Shown piece by piece: positions 11,742-25,899 of a DNA stretch of 64,000 nt (position 1 is the stretch's first letter; the number at the start of each line of letters is the position of its first letter). The notes under the pieces were generated by a model. The model was not told the DNA's origin. It did no database searches and saw only the letters and a program-made list of their open reading frames with translations. A program made the position numbers and the translations under genes. The stretch comes from Octopus vulgaris (lineage: Eukaryota): contig OX597828.1 in assembly GCA_951406725.2 (NCBI GenBank), positions 12,648,001 to 12,712,000 of the forward strand, in the 5' to 3' direction.

Positions 11742-12095
11742 TTCAGCAGTAACATATGAAATCGAATAATTTATTGGCAGCTTCAGCCATGCGCGGAAAA
11801 GCATCCAAGCGTGAAAAATAATAGAAAGAACAATACTTTGTTTGCACAGTCGAAATTTCTTTACCAATGCTGCCCATATCGAAATGAGGAATGAAAAAAT
11901 TAAATTGGCGGTTTAACACAGCGTAGAAATTTTGTGTTCAAACTGATATACTTGCAGATAATAGATTTACAGGATGTGTCTTCATAAAACAACGATTCCA
12001 GTTGAGAAATTTAGCATTTGCTTTGCTAACATTTTGCTATTTGTATGTTTCCAATAACATTTCTGCTTCTCTGAGTTTTTGTTAGGGATAATTAA
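11742..12095 (+). repeat. left arm of an old inverted duplication (partner ~15127-15482)
   Basis: Colinear blocks tatgaaatcgaa, tttgtttgcaca.tcgaaattt, cagcgtag, tgatatactt.cagataatagat and agggataatt match the reverse complement of 15127-15482. Confidence 0.8.
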
Positions 12096-12519
12096 GTTGT
12101 TCAAACAAATAAGTTTCCTGTTCAATGCTATACGAATGAGGTACTGAAACTGTGCTAGCATTTTTTTTTTTCTGTATCTCGGTCATTCTACACCAAAAAT
12201 CACTAAAACCTGAAAGTAGAGAACAAAAAAAGATTAGAGTTGAAGTTAGTTCTTCTCTGCAGATAGTGTATATCGTTACGAATGACAGTTAACACAGATT
12301 TCTTTTCTAGTTCGAGTACATAAAACTATAAGCGGGTCAACTGTCTTTAAAACTAGCTCCTTTTAAGCATGCACACATACACACACGCACGAGCGAAGAG
12401 ATTGGAAACCTATGCAGAATGAACAAACATTAAAATAGCTGTGTTTTCTGCCTGGGTATTCATAATCATGAGAACTCGAATACGTACTTGTAGTGACCCT
12501 CAGTTTTTTTCAGTTTCAT

Positions 12520-13640
12520 ATCAATCATGTTTATAGGCAGTACAATGTTATTCCTTTCATATATGTAATGACTAATGTGTATGATGACTGCATCTCTGTA
12601 TAGTTGAAGATAGCAAAATTGGCATGACCTGAACACAGGGTATTTCCGAGATCTCTGTTCATGGGGGTCTGTGTGGATTAGGGACGAAGTGCCAAGTTTT
12701 ATGTTCATGATACTTAGATACAGAGCTGTAGAGAAGATTGATGGATGATGTCATCTGCGTAGAAGTGGGCGTTGTTGGGGGTAACGAAAGGCATGTGACT
12801 GATGCACAGAAGGAAGAGCATGAGAGAGAAAACTGGAACATGGCGTAGTCCAGTGTTGATAGAGTCTCGGTTAGAGAGAACTACATCAATATACGCCATG
12901 AGAGTGTGAACCGACGCCAACGCCCCGATTCCAGTTACAACACCCAGATAGACTCTTAGAAGGATGGTTTTGTTAAGCGATTCGTATGTTGGATGCGGTC
13001 GAATGCTTTGCTGATGTTAAGTGCTTCAACACCGTTTTCACCAAATTTCTCCAGGGCATTGGCCCACTGGTGACTGATTCAGTTGTTTATGTCTTTAGTA
13101 GGTCTGGGTTCATGCAAGTTTCCGTTCTTTCGTTGTTGTTTTTATAAAATTGAGGAAGAAGATAAAACCAAGACGCTTAAGACGAGGATCGTTAAACAGT
13201 CTTATATCGTTAAACAGTCTTCTTGAGCATGGTGGACATGAGAAAGCTAGGACGATGGGTTGTGTGGTGAGTGGCATTTTCATTCTTGGAAGCAGGACAT
13301 ACTGTAGTGCGTTTCCAAAGACCAGGATAGATACTTGTATAGTGAGATAGAGAGAGAGAGAAAAGGTTAGAGAGTTAGAGAGATGAGAAAGTGAGACCTT
13401 TAAGTTTGCTAGAAGATAATAGAAAGGACATTGCCAAGGCTGGTAGATTTTATTAAAACGAACTTTCTGGTTATTCATAATCATGAAATTCATATGACCG
13501 AATAGACAGGATGCCAGACAACTGGCTGAGATGGCGATCTTTCCTATTCTCCCAACGGTATTACAATATGTCTGTGTATAAATTATCATGTTTTCAACGA
13601 TATAATCCACCTAGAAACATGTTCATTAGGATGAAATAAA
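12520..13640 (-). mobile_element. decayed LINE reverse transcriptase (Jockey/Crack/L2-like)
   Basis: ALNISKAFDRIQH (motif LDxSKAFD) and LFLLCI..AHFYADD; many stops and frameshifts. Confidence 0.75.
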
Positions 13641-14222
13641 TATCCTCTGACCACAACAGTCTGCACTATAAAACTAGCAAATGACTGACTGGCTTGCAGT
13701 TATTGATAGAATTTCACTCTCCAGAAATATTACTTTCGATGGATTTGAGCTTCGTTGAGAAAATGGGTCTCTCATCGTTTTTATTTTTAAAATGAATGAC
13801 AGACATTAGGAGATACTGCCAGTGTAGCTGTGGATACAGTAGTGCCTTCTCCAAAAGATATGCTTCAGGGATCTAACTACATGATGGACACAGAATTTTA
13901 AGTTCCTGCGCTATTATTAAATAATCATTGAGCAAACTGCGCTTGTTAGTTGCCATACTAAGTCAAGATAAGGTTCACTGAATGTAGAATTAAATACAAA
14001 TTAATTGCTGGTAGGGACACCGTATTTCGTTATGCAACCTTAATATACTACCAAGTATATTAAATATTTAAGGTTATACTGTGTCCTACGTGTGTTAGCA
14101 GTGCGACTCATTCACTTTTAAATTTATCCCTACAGATTTTCTATGCAAATTAGAGCCAGCACATATTAATTGCTGGTAGAGACACCGTATTCTGTTATGC
14201 AGCCATAATCCACTTCTAAGTA

Positions 14223-14406
14223 TGTTCTTTTCTACTCTAGGCACAAAGCCTGATATTTTGGGGGAGGGGGCCAGTCGATTAGATCGACCCAGTACGCAAC
14301 TGGTATTTAATTTATCGACCCTAAAAGGATGAAAGGCAAAGCCGACCTCGGCGGAATTTGAAGTCAGAACGTAAAGACAGAGGAAATACCGCTAAGCATT
14401 TCGCCC
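14223..14406 (-). mobile_element. Meta-like SINE (tail B), 5' truncated
   Basis: Matches the family; it interrupts a ~165-bp local tandem duplication (14000-14060 vs 14165-14225). Confidence 0.85.
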
Positions 14407-14812
14407 AAAGTGTGTTACACTGCTAAACTTAGTGACTATTTAAGCAACGTTCGTGGACGATTAATGAGTTAGATGTGGTGCTAGAGAAAAAGGCAATAAT
14501 TCCTGAAATATGCATATAAATCCATTACCTAACTTCTTGTTTTTGATCGCATTGTTTACACAGACGTATTCGTATATGAACCATCGTAACTTTCAGTAAT
14601 GGCTCTAATTTCTACAGAAAACCAGTAGAGATAACTTTAAAAAGGAATTAAGTACGCATAAACGACGTTAGTAACTGTAGCTTTAATGGGGCTTTAAAGA
14701 ATTAATCTTTTCTTCTGCGAAAATAGATTGATTGTAAAAGCGGCAATCGATAGTAGAGATACAATATTATTGGTTAGAATAGTTGTATGTGGAAGCTAAT
14801 ATATTACTGGTG

Positions 14813-14905
<93 letters not shown>

Positions 14906-14977
14906 GTATATATATATGATATATATATATGTATATATATATGTGTGTGTGTGTATGTATGTGTGTGTGTATGTATG

Positions 14978-15014
<37 letters not shown>

Positions 15015-15126
15015 GTGAAGATTATTGAGATGGTAGTAAAAATGCGGTTCTACTTTGGAATCTCGAAATTGCCTCATTGAAGATCAATAAATAAGATGGT
15101 AGAGATAGTATATAAAGAAAAAAGGC

Positions 15127-15482
15127 TAAATTATCCCTGCCACAGAAGCATAAAGAATATTAGAATTATTAAGACAATAAAAGTTTTAGTAAAGTGACTG
15201 TTAAATTTCCAACTGAAATGTTTGTTTCATGGAGAAAATTCCTTTGTATCTCTGTATCTATTATCTGAAAGTATATCATACTATAAAGAAAATTGCTACG
15301 CTGTATTAAACGCCTGAATTTTTTTTTCTTCTATTCTTGATTCTGAAATGGGTAGCATTGATAAATAAATTTCGATTGTGCAAACAAAGTTTCCTTCTTT
15401 CTATTAGTTTACAGTTAGCCGCTCCTCCAGGCATGGTTGAATCTGTCAATAAATTCTTCGATTTCATATATAACAGATGAAT
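15127..15482 (-). repeat. right arm of the old inverted duplication
   Basis: Reverse-complement similarity to 11742-12095. Confidence 0.8.
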
Positions 15483-15799
15483 TGATCTCCCCAGCTGGCA
15501 GAAGACACTGCCAAATAGTTTCAAGGCTTGTTTGTCTTTTTCTTTGTTTTGTTTTTGTTTAAATTTTACGTGGCATTTAGTGAACATTAGCGTCGTTGCA
15601 TACAGGTTTCAAACAGGCCAATCTAAGGTCGCTGCATTCACGATAGTGATATATTAAATGGGGGAAATGGCTCAGCAATTCGAGAGAGAAACAAATATCA
15701 CACGAAAGATCTACGTTCCAAAGAGTTCGATTATCGGCTTTCTCACCGACAAAAAGATGCATATGCACTCACACCCATATATATATAGATATAGTTATA

Positions 15800-15959
15800 T
15801 GCGCAGGAGTAGCTATGTGGTAAGAAGCTTCCTTCCCAACCACATGGTTCTGGGTTCAGTTCCACTGCGAAGTACTTTGGGCAAGTGTCTTCTGCTATAG
15901 CCTCGGGCAGACCAAAGCCTTTTGAGTGGATTTGGTAGATGGAAACTAAAAGAAGCCCG

Positions 15960-16030
<71 letters not shown>

Positions 16031-16225
16031 TATGAGTGTGTGTCTGTGTTTGTCCCCCACATTCTATCGCTTGTCAACCGATGTTGGTGTGCTTACGTCT
16101 CCGGCAAAAGGGACTGACAGAATAAGTACTAGGCTTACAAAGAATAAGTCCTGGATCGATATGTTCGATTAAAGGCGGTGTTCCAGCATGGCTGCAGTCA
16201 AATGATTGAAACAAGTAAAAGAATA
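15800..16225 (+). mobile_element. SINE family 2 copy
   Basis: Head, ctttgggcaagtgtcttc and tail ggcggtgttccagcatggctgcagtcaaatgattgaaacaagtaaaag. Confidence 0.88.
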
Positions 16226-16281
16226 AAACAATATATATGTATGTATGTATATACACACACATACATATATATACACGCACG

Positions 16282-16335
<54 letters not shown>

Positions 16336-16337
16336 AT

Positions 16338-17430
16338 ACTAACAGATATACCCGGCGTTGCCCGAGTTAAGCGAATAATGAAATTTTAAACGCCGTCTAG
16401 ATTACGCAGGTCTCAACTGCTAGTAGCTGAGATACCAACTTTGTACATTAATAACTCTCCAACCCATGCCAGCATGGAACATAGACGTTAAGTGCAATGT
16501 TAAAAGAAAGTTTTCAACTCATATATGTATATAAAGTAAATATACGTAATTCAAAAACATGTTTTGTGTAGCTTATTTCGTAACCAAATAACAGGTACAG
16601 ATTATAAACAATGAAAGGCTGATTTTGGTGATTCATTTGACAGAGGTAGTAGAGAGCCAATCTGATGATAAATCTGACGTTGGACCTTGAAAGTTTGCAT
16701 GAATCCTGGCTCAGCTAAATCTCTTGTGGCTCCAAATGATGTCATCTGTTGTGCAGCGTTGTACTGTCTAATTGTGTTTTGGAAGCGGCTGGAATCTTGG
16801 TCAGTTGATGACATCAATTTCTTCAATGGCTCTTAAGGTTGGGGGATTGCAGGGATTTTAACCTTTCCACCACTGCAGCACAGTGCAGATATCTCTCCAG
16901 ACTACTTCTTTGCTTTACAATGTATGCACTTAGTTGTCATTGCACCAATAGAAACTCTAGTGTCATATGCATAATGAACTGCTGGATCATAATTGCAAGC
17001 TGCTTCGTTAGGCAGTGGAGATCCTATACCTTGTCCGCCGTGCATACCGCTGTTCATCACTTTGAGATGTTCTGGCTTTTGTAGTGCACAGTCTGTTCGT
17101 TTCTTAGTATGCTTCCCTTTCTGCAGCTGTCTCTCTTTCTCTGGACAGAGACATTCTTTTGGCTGACCTTGACATTGTAGACAAGTTTGACACTTTCCTT
17201 CTTGGCATGGTTATATACGTATACGGAAATACACGGGTGCAGAAGATAGTAAACAATGAAAATAACTGGGTAATGGAAATTATATTTCTTAATACGACGG
17301 GCAGAAAGTAAATAAGGAATTTTTACGGAAAATTAAGAATTGTACAGGTTGAAACGAAATTTGTGACCAAATAGCCAGTACCGAAGGAACTATAAAAAAA
17401 TCGTGAGCAACAAAAAAACACAAAACCGTT
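16338..17430 (-). mobile_element. internally deleted Helitron with Rep N-terminal region
   Basis: IRQYNAAQQMTSFGA..GFMQTFKVQRQIYHQIGSLLP (Helitron_like_N) and upstream LCCSGGKV. 3' hairpin ctcgggcaacgccggg is followed by a degenerate CTAG. The 5' boundary is uncertain. Confidence 0.85.
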
Positions 17431-17954
17431 AACCAAATAAACTCACAGGGCTTTGATCGGCCCGAGGCTATAGCAGACACTTGCCCAAGGTGTCACGCAG
17501 TGGGACTAAACACGGAACCATATGGTTGAGAAGCGAGCTTCTTACCACCCAGCCACGCCCAAATGTGTGTGTGTGTATCTTTATCTTTTACTAGTTTCAG
17601 TCATCGGACTGCGGGCGGCAATGCTGGAGCACAGCCTTCAAGGGACTTTATTCGGATAAATTGACCCCAGTACTTATGTTTTTTTTTAAGCCTGGTACTT
17701 TTACTGTTGGTCTATTGCCGTCGAACCACTAGTTAACCTTACTGGGGTCGATGTAATCGACTTTCTCTCCACCCCCTTCAAAATTGCTGGCCTTGTGCCA
17801 AAATTGGAAATCATTGTTTAGCTCCAGGTTAGTTCTGATCGTACAGACATATGACAAAATGCATCGTCGGTACGATCATTGCATCTTTGCTAATCTTTTC
17901 ATGTACCACATACTGCGGGTTGCAATATGCAGTTAGTTCAGTATGCAATAAGTT

Positions 17955-18189
17955 TCTTATTTCTTTATTGCCCACAAGGAGCTAAACATAGAGGGGACAA
18001 ACAAGGATAGACAAATGGATTAAGTCGATTACATCACCCCAGTGCGTAACTGGTACTTAATTTATCGACCACGAACGGATGAAAGGCAAAGTAGACCTCG
18101 GCAGAATTTGAACTCAGAACGTAACGGCAGACGATATACCGCTAAGCATTTCGCCCGGCGTGCTAACGTTTCTGCCAGCTCGCCGCCTT
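17955..18189 (-). mobile_element. Meta-like SINE (tail A) with 18-bp TSD
   Basis: Full copy; gtatgcaataagtttctt occurs at 17941-17958 and 18190-18207. Confidence 0.92.
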
Positions 18190-19072
18190 GTATGCAATAA
18201 GTTTCTTTTAAGGATGAAGAGTAGATTTTGAGAATAATTTTGGCTGATATTTCTAGCAGATCTAACAATACTCACTCATTAGCCGAAGCATATATTGATT
18301 TCTTCTTTAGGTAGAACCTCGATACTTCATGGAGGTCATGGCTAAGAAACTTCATTTTCAACGGTTCAGTCGATCTAGATTGAGTATAGAAAGATTTTTG
18401 TTTTTGCTTTAATGGTGTTGGAATGTAACGTAATTTTAGGAATAATGATGTTATTGTGCACAATTATTTTATTGCTATAAATAAGTATAATTGTTTTTCT
18501 CGGACAATTAGTTTAATGGGATATTAGTATAATTTAATAGACGGCAGTGAATTGGCAAATTTGCTAGGGTGTCATATAGAATGCCTTGCAGTGTTTGTTC
18601 TGGTTCTTTGCACTTTGATTTCAAGTCCCGTTAAAGTCGATTTTTGCCTTTCCTCTTTGAGGATCGATAAATATTGTAAAATCCAGAGAAGCCTACAGTC
18701 GATAAATATTGTAAAATGCCAGTCTAGATCAGGGAGCCATTTTTTCTCTCTCTGTTTCTCTCTCGGAAATCGGCAAACTTAAGAATGGTCGCGGTGGTAG
18801 TGGGTCATTCACAGCGCCCATGGGCAAGGGCTGAGTGAAAGACTAGCAACCTCTTCTCACAAAAAATCCTAATATGCAATTGGAACCATCCAAAGACGGA
18901 GAGATATGCACTACAGCACGGAAACAAAATATCGGAACACAATTTAATAGAGGATTATGATTTACTGGCGCAATTCAACAGATAGAAATCTACCTGCGAT
19001 TGAGTGATGCCGTCATTCATTCAGGAGGGCACACGTCTCTCCAGCTACAAGAACCCTTCTTTTGACCCTGTA

Positions 19073-19280
19073 TATTGGTTTCAAATTTTGGCACAAGGCC
19101 TACAATTCTCGGAGAGGGGCTAAGTCGATTACATCGACCCTAGTGCTCAACTTTATCGTCTCCGAAAGGATGAAAGGTAAAGTGGATCTCGGTGGAATTT
19201 GAACTCAGAACATAAAGACGGAAGAAATGCCGATAAGCATTTTCCACAGCGTGCTATCGATTCTGCCAGCTCACCACCTT
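19073..19280 (-). mobile_element. Meta-like SINE (tail B)
   Basis: Diverged family match. Confidence 0.8.
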
Positions 19281-20337
19281 CTTGTCATATATTTGGTATT
19301 AGTTTTTGTTTCAAGAAATTGCTTTATTTGTCTTTCTAGGCCATCGGTTTAGCGAGTGCATGCTTTTGACACTGATGGAATTTGGCTCCAAATGTAGAAC
19401 TGAATTAAATTTCGCAAGGCATCTAGCCCGATACTCTTACAATTCCGCCACATCATCATCATGGATTTGTAGTTTTTATTATCGACCCCGAAAGGATGGA
19501 AGACGACCCCCAAGAAATTGACTGATTCTTTGTTTTACCACCCATAAAGAATGAAAGGCAAAGTCTACTTCGGCGTGATTTGAACTCAAAACGGAAGAAG
19601 ACATGAGTGAAAACCGCAAAACATTTTTGTGCGACATACGAATGCTGTTGCTAATTACAGGAAGCATTCGGGTGGAGAACAGCTGTGTCTATTGATCCCC
19701 TCAGCTTGGCGAGGCAGGTATTTCTGCGATGATAGGTGGGATATTTCATATTAGATTCATTATAGAGAGGAAGTGTCGAATGTTTTGATGCATCCTCTGG
19801 AACATCTATTCACGTTATGTGTGAGTAGAAGGTAAGAGGTAGGTGTAAATAACGGGGTCGAATGAGAGAAGTAGTTTGTAAACAACTTACGAGAAATAGA
19901 TATTGTTGAAGACTCTTTACAAGAGATACAGCAGCAAATTAGTGGGCGATTTGCTATAGGGGCTTCATAAGTGGTTTTCAATGTGGCTCATAATTTCCGT
20001 CAGGGACATATAATCTGTAAACGTTGTTGTAGTTTGTTGTGTCTGGGAAGAGTCATTTTCTTTTTGTGCCTTATTATTTAACACACACACCGGTAAAATT
20101 TCCACTTTTTTTCTTATTTTTATTGTTCTAAAATTTTCGTTGCGTCTTGCAACCTTTTCAATAGTTTTGTTGTAGTTATTATTGTTTATTTCAAGGCCAG
20201 TTTTTACTGAGACATCCCATGAGCAAGAGCATTCCAGCCGCGACCATCCCGTGTTTTCCAGCAACAGAACCTAGGATCACATTATCCATCCAATACGAAA
20301 GAGAGAGAGAGAGAGAGAGTGTGTGTGTGTGTGTGTG

Positions 20338-20370
<33 letters not shown>

Positions 20371-20400
20371 TATGTGTGTGTGTCTGTGTGTGTGTGTGTC

Positions 20401-20466
<66 letters not shown>

Positions 20467-20659
20467 AGTGTTTACGCGGCTACGACGCAATTTCAGAAAG
20501 ATTTGTCTAGTATTTCATGAAGATTATAAAACTTTACAGAAATTCTTCCGTTATAAGACATATGACTGTCACACAAACGATAGCAACCACGTAACGTGTG
20601 CTTTATAAAATGTTCAATGAATATGCACAGTTTTAGCCATACCCTGGCTCAATTAAAAA

Positions 20660-21125
20660 CTAATGGCCGGACGAGTTGTCTTCCTTCGCTTGAGAGCTAG
20701 GTTTCTCAATGTGGGAAAAACAAAACTTCCGAAAACGTAGACAGCTCCCCACGGCTTCCGTCCTGGTGTTCAGGTAGCCTCCTGGTTCCTGTGAACTTAT
20801 GAGGATAATATATCTTTTTGCCATACACAATTTACACAGTCTTGTTCCATTGTGATAGGGTCCACAAGATTCTAGTAATTTCCACCTGGTGTTAAACGGT
20901 GTATGATCGTCCTTTAGGCGCCATATGTATGCTGCGGGTGTTGTTATGTTGCGTCTCTCCGGGACCCTGAAAGAAGATCTGTGGTTGTTCAGGCGATTTT
21001 TAAATTTGAATTCACAAGATCCAGAAATAAATTTTAGTGTGTGTCCCTGTGTTGGCATTGATATTACTGATATTTGTGCCGCTTCTGTTTGAGGCTATCT
21101 TTGCTTGTTACACTACAGCCTCGGT
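20660..21125 (-). mobile_element. Penelope-like element GIY-YIG endonuclease fragment
   Basis: FKNRLNNHRSSF..YIWRLKD..RWKLLESCGPYHNGTRLCKLC..LNTRTEAVGSC; paralogous to 23140-23679. Confidence 0.85.
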
Positions 21126-21137
21126 TTTACATATATA

Positions 21138-21609
21138 CAGGTTTGGCCAAAAGTCGCCCGAGAGTAAATCAAAATTCTATAAATACTGTCTGCAATTTTG
21201 TATGGACTCGAATGGAAAAAATTGCCGCTCAAGAAGGACTTCAGTTTAAACAATTTTCATAGATGTTTCATATTTAGATGCTTTTATTAAATTCATTCAG
21301 TTGTTAAACATAAATCTTGGAATTAAATGGCTTTGATTTACTGTCAGGTGACTTTTGGCCAACCATATATACAGAATATACAGGGTTGGCCAAAAGTCAC
21401 CCAACAGTAAATCAAAATTCCATGACTACTATCTGTAATTCTGTACTGACTCGAATGGAAAAATGTGTCGCTCAAGAAGGACTTTACTTTGAACAAATTT
21501 CACGATGTTGCATATTTAGATGCTTTTATTAAATTCATTCAGTTGTTAAACATAAATCTTGGAATTAAATGGCTTTGATTTACTGTCAAGTGACTTTTGG
21601 CCAACCCTA
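21138..21609 (+). mobile_element. two tandem Tc1/mariner-derived MITEs (21138-21367, 21381-21609)
   Basis: TIR cagggttggccaaaagtcacc..cagtaaatcaaa at both ends of each copy, TA flanks, and an internal transposase C-terminus C..V.TRMEKCVAQEGLYFEQ. Confidence 0.85.
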
Positions 21610-21975
21610 TCTATATGTCTATATATATATGTGTGTGTATGTCTTTATGTTTGTCCTCCATCACTGCTTTACGACTGGTGTTGGTGTGTTTACGTCCCTT
21701 TAGCTTGACGATTCGGCAACAGAACCCGAAAGAATAAGTACTAAGCTTAAAAATAAATAATTCCCGGGGACGATTTGTTCGACTGAACTAATGAAAGAAT
21801 AGGCGCAGGGGTGGCTGTGTTGTAAGTAGCTTGCTTCCCAACCACATGGTTCTGGGTTCAGATAGAATAAGCACTATGCTTACAAAGAATATATCCTGGG
21901 GTCAATTTTTTCGACTAATGGCCGGGCCCCAGAATGGCTGCAGTTAAATGACTGAAACAAGTTAAAGAATAAAAG

Positions 21976-22019
<44 letters not shown>

Positions 22020-22024
<5 letters not shown>

Positions 22025-22242
22025 TTCCCCACCTGGACGAGACGCCGGTACGTCGCAGGTGGGCTGCAAGATCCAGGAGGAAAGAGTGAGAGAAAGTTGT
22101 GGCGAACGAGTCAGCAGAAGTTCGCCATTACCTTCTGCCGGAACCGAGTGGAGCTTATGTGTTTCGCTCATAAACACACACATCGCCCGGTCTGAGATTC
22201 GAACCCGCGATCCCTCGACCGCGAGTCATAACCACTAGGCCA
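22020..22242 (-). mobile_element. tRNA-derived SINE family 3, truncated
   Basis: atggcctagtggtta..ggttcgaatctcagacc head; related to 25218 and 44750. Confidence 0.75.
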
Positions 22243-23160
22243 TATATGTATATATATGTAAATATGTTACATTACTCGGTAGTCAAGATAAAACTCTGAG
22301 TTTCAGATGCCGAAGTGGAAATCCACAACACCATCTCTTCGGTTATCTGGCTATTTGAAAACGTTATGAAAAATACCGTTAAAAATGAAGGGAAATTACT
22401 CTGTTATAACTCTGCTTTGCCTGCGTACTTATACATCGCTCGCATTTTTCGTCATAAAAATTATATAAAAATACATAAAAAATATATAAAAATATATAAA
22501 AATATATAAAATCTTCTTGGGACATAACACAGAAGCATGTTCTATCCGTTTTCTTTAGGGGACCAAAAACGTAACAGAAATTTAGTCACATGTGGGCATG
22601 ATCCGAAAAGTTCTGTCCTTGTATTTAGACATGTGGTAGGGTCTAAGCTGCTTTTCCAGATAAGCCATCTCTCCATGTCGCATAAACCGCACCTTCCGCT
22701 GCCGTTAGTATAGGGCTTACATCTGGCCAAAATCTTCCATTGTATGTTATAATCGACACCTTTATCTCTTAAAGACCAAATATGATTGGATAATTGTGTC
22801 GCTTTTCTTTGTTCCAGTGCCTAAAGCTCAAAGTGTGGTTATTGAACCTGGCCTTGAAATTACCCTCTGTCAGGCCCACGTATTTCTTCGTCAAAACGGT
22901 GTCTTTAGTGGTTATAGAGTTTACGGTAGCCTCATATATGATGGTCTTGGACATGCAAGCTCCATTTAGCGGGCACAATTCTTTATTCCTGCATGAACAG
23001 CTGTTTTCTTCTTGTGTTTTTTGTATGTTATGATTGATTATGTTTTTAAAATTGGTAGTTGAACTAAAACTAATTTTTAAATTGTGTCTATTGAAGAGTT
23101 TCCTATAAGCATGGTTAACTGGAAAATGTCTATCTATCAGTGCTAGGAAATATTTACCTA

Positions 23161-23679
23161 ACTACCAATTTTAAAAACATAATCAATCATAACATACAAA
23201 AAACACAAGAAGAAAACAGCTGTTCATGCAGGAATAAAGAATTGTGCCCGCTAAATGGAGCTTGCATGTCCAAGACCATCATATATGAGGCTACCGTAAA
23301 CTCTATAACCACTAAAGACACCGTTTTGACGAAGAAATACGTGGGCCTGACAGAGGGTAATTTCAAGGCCAGGTTCAATAACCACACTTTGAGCTTTAGG
23401 CACTGGAACAAAAGAAAAGCGACACAATTATCCAATCATATTTGGTCTTTAAGAGATAAAGGTGTCGATTATAACATACAATGGAAGATTTTGGCCAGAT
23501 GTAAGCCCTATACTAACGGCAGCGGAAGGTGCGGTTTATGCGACATGGAGAGATGGCTTATCTGGAAAAGCAGCTTAGACCCTACCACATGTCTAAATAC
23601 AAGGACAGAACTTTTCGGATCATGCCCACATGTGACTAAATTTCTGTTACGTTTTTGGTCCCCTAAAGAAAACGGATAG
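23161..23679 (+). pseudogene. PLE C-terminal GIY-YIG endonuclease, open but 5'-truncated
   Basis: CSCRNKELCPLNGAC linker, IIYEA..KYVGLTE..FKARFNNH, CGLC..E, LNTRTE..CPH. No RT domain and no genuine start codon. Confidence 0.9.
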
Positions 23680-23874
23680 AACATGCTTTCTGTGTTATGT
23701 CCCAAGAAGATTTTATATATTTTTATATATTTTTATATATTTTTTATGTATTTTTATATAATTTTTATGACGAAAAATGCGAGCGATGTATAAGTACGCA
23801 GGCAAAGCAGAGTTATAACAGAGTAATTTCCCTTCATTTTTAACGGTATTTTTTCATAACGTTTTCAAATAGCC

Positions 23875-23937
23875 AGATAACCGAAGAGATGGTGTTGTGG
23901 ATTTCCACTTCGGCATCTGAAACTCAGAGTTTTATCT
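23875..23937 (+). ncRNA. type I hammerhead-like motif in PLE pseudo-LTR (mirror copy 22286-22348, minus)
   Basis: agataa-CCGAAGA-gatg..catc-t-GAAA-ctcagag-TT-ttatct: stems I and II and palindromic stem III are present; the core has U4C and an extra nt before GAAA. Confidence 0.6.
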
Positions 23938-24035
23938 TGACTACCGAGTAATGTAACATATTGTATAGATAAATTTCCTCTATTTACATAATATTGAGGT
24001 CTCTTTCTTTCTTTTGTTATCTTACCGTTTTATCA

Positions 24036-25172
<1,137 letters not shown>

Positions 25173-25173
25173 C

Positions 25174-25215
<42 letters not shown>

Positions 25216-25217
25216 TG

Positions 25218-25516
25218 TGGAGGCGCAATGGCCTAGTGGTTAGGGCAGCGGACTCGCGGTCGTAGGATCGCGGTTTCGATTCCCAGACCAGCGTTATGAG
25301 TGTTTATTGAGCGAAAACACCTAAAAAGCTCCACGAGGCTCCGGCAGTGGGCAGGTGATCCCTGCTGTACTCTTTCACCACACTTTCTCCCACTCTTTCT
25401 TCTGTTGGCCTGCTCGCTTAGCCAGCGGGGTGGCGTCATTCGAAGGCTAAAACAAGGCGAATGCATTGTGACCAGCGATGTGTAACAACATCTGATGGTC
25501 TGGTCGGTCACGTGAT

Positions 25517-25523
<7 letters not shown>
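25218..25523 (+). mobile_element. tRNA-derived SINE family 3
   Basis: ggaggcgcaatggcctagtggttagggcagcggactcgcggtcg..ggtttcgattccc head; tail cacgtgatcacgtgat. Confidence 0.88.
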
Positions 25524-25568
<45 letters not shown>

Positions 25569-25583
25569 CAACACGACCAGTTT

Positions 25584-25641
25584 ATTCTACTGAAGAGGCA
25601 AAGCATTTCTTATGCAAAGTCAGAAATCCGGGATCTGGAAT
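25584..25641 (+). ncRNA. type I hammerhead-like motif at the start of a solo PLE-like tail (~25570-25860)
   Basis: attcta-CTGAAGA-ggc..gtc-a-GAAA-tccggga-TC-tggaat: stem I pairs, stem III is palindromic, AUC cleavage triplet. Flanked by TA/TG tracts. Confidence 0.65.
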
Positions 25642-25865
25642 TATCCAGTAATTTTTTACTAGTTTATTTTGTGTTTTTGTCTTCTCTCCTAGTGCTGTAT
25701 GAATATTTATGCGGTTTTAGAGTCAGATTTTGGCTGCTATTTCCAGCGTGGATACCCTAAATTATAATTTTAGCAATAATTATTACCTTTTATTCCCATG
25801 CAGGCCACTTGATAAGATCGATATTTAAATTAACGATCTTATCGTTATTTATATAAATTCTATAT

Positions 25866-25899
<34 letters not shown>

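Noticed and set aside
18800-18865. Resemblance to RTE 5' HDV-like ribozyme motif (gggctgagtgaaagactagcaacc)
   Set aside because: Too degenerate to build the nested double pseudoknot.
19661-19717. 57-bp AG..GT bounded open segment (EAFGWRTAVSIDPLSLARQ) as a host exon
   Set aside because: Weak polypyrimidine tract and donor, no recognisable protein and no partner exons.
20118-20168. Hammerhead-like shape on the minus strand (ttgaaaag-gttgc..gcaac-gaaa-attt-ta)
   Set aside because: Two invariant core positions differ and stem I does not pair convincingly; at best a dead relic.
25218-25290. tRNA-like heads as functional tRNA genes
   Set aside because: They continue into SINE bodies and lack a proper acceptor stem.
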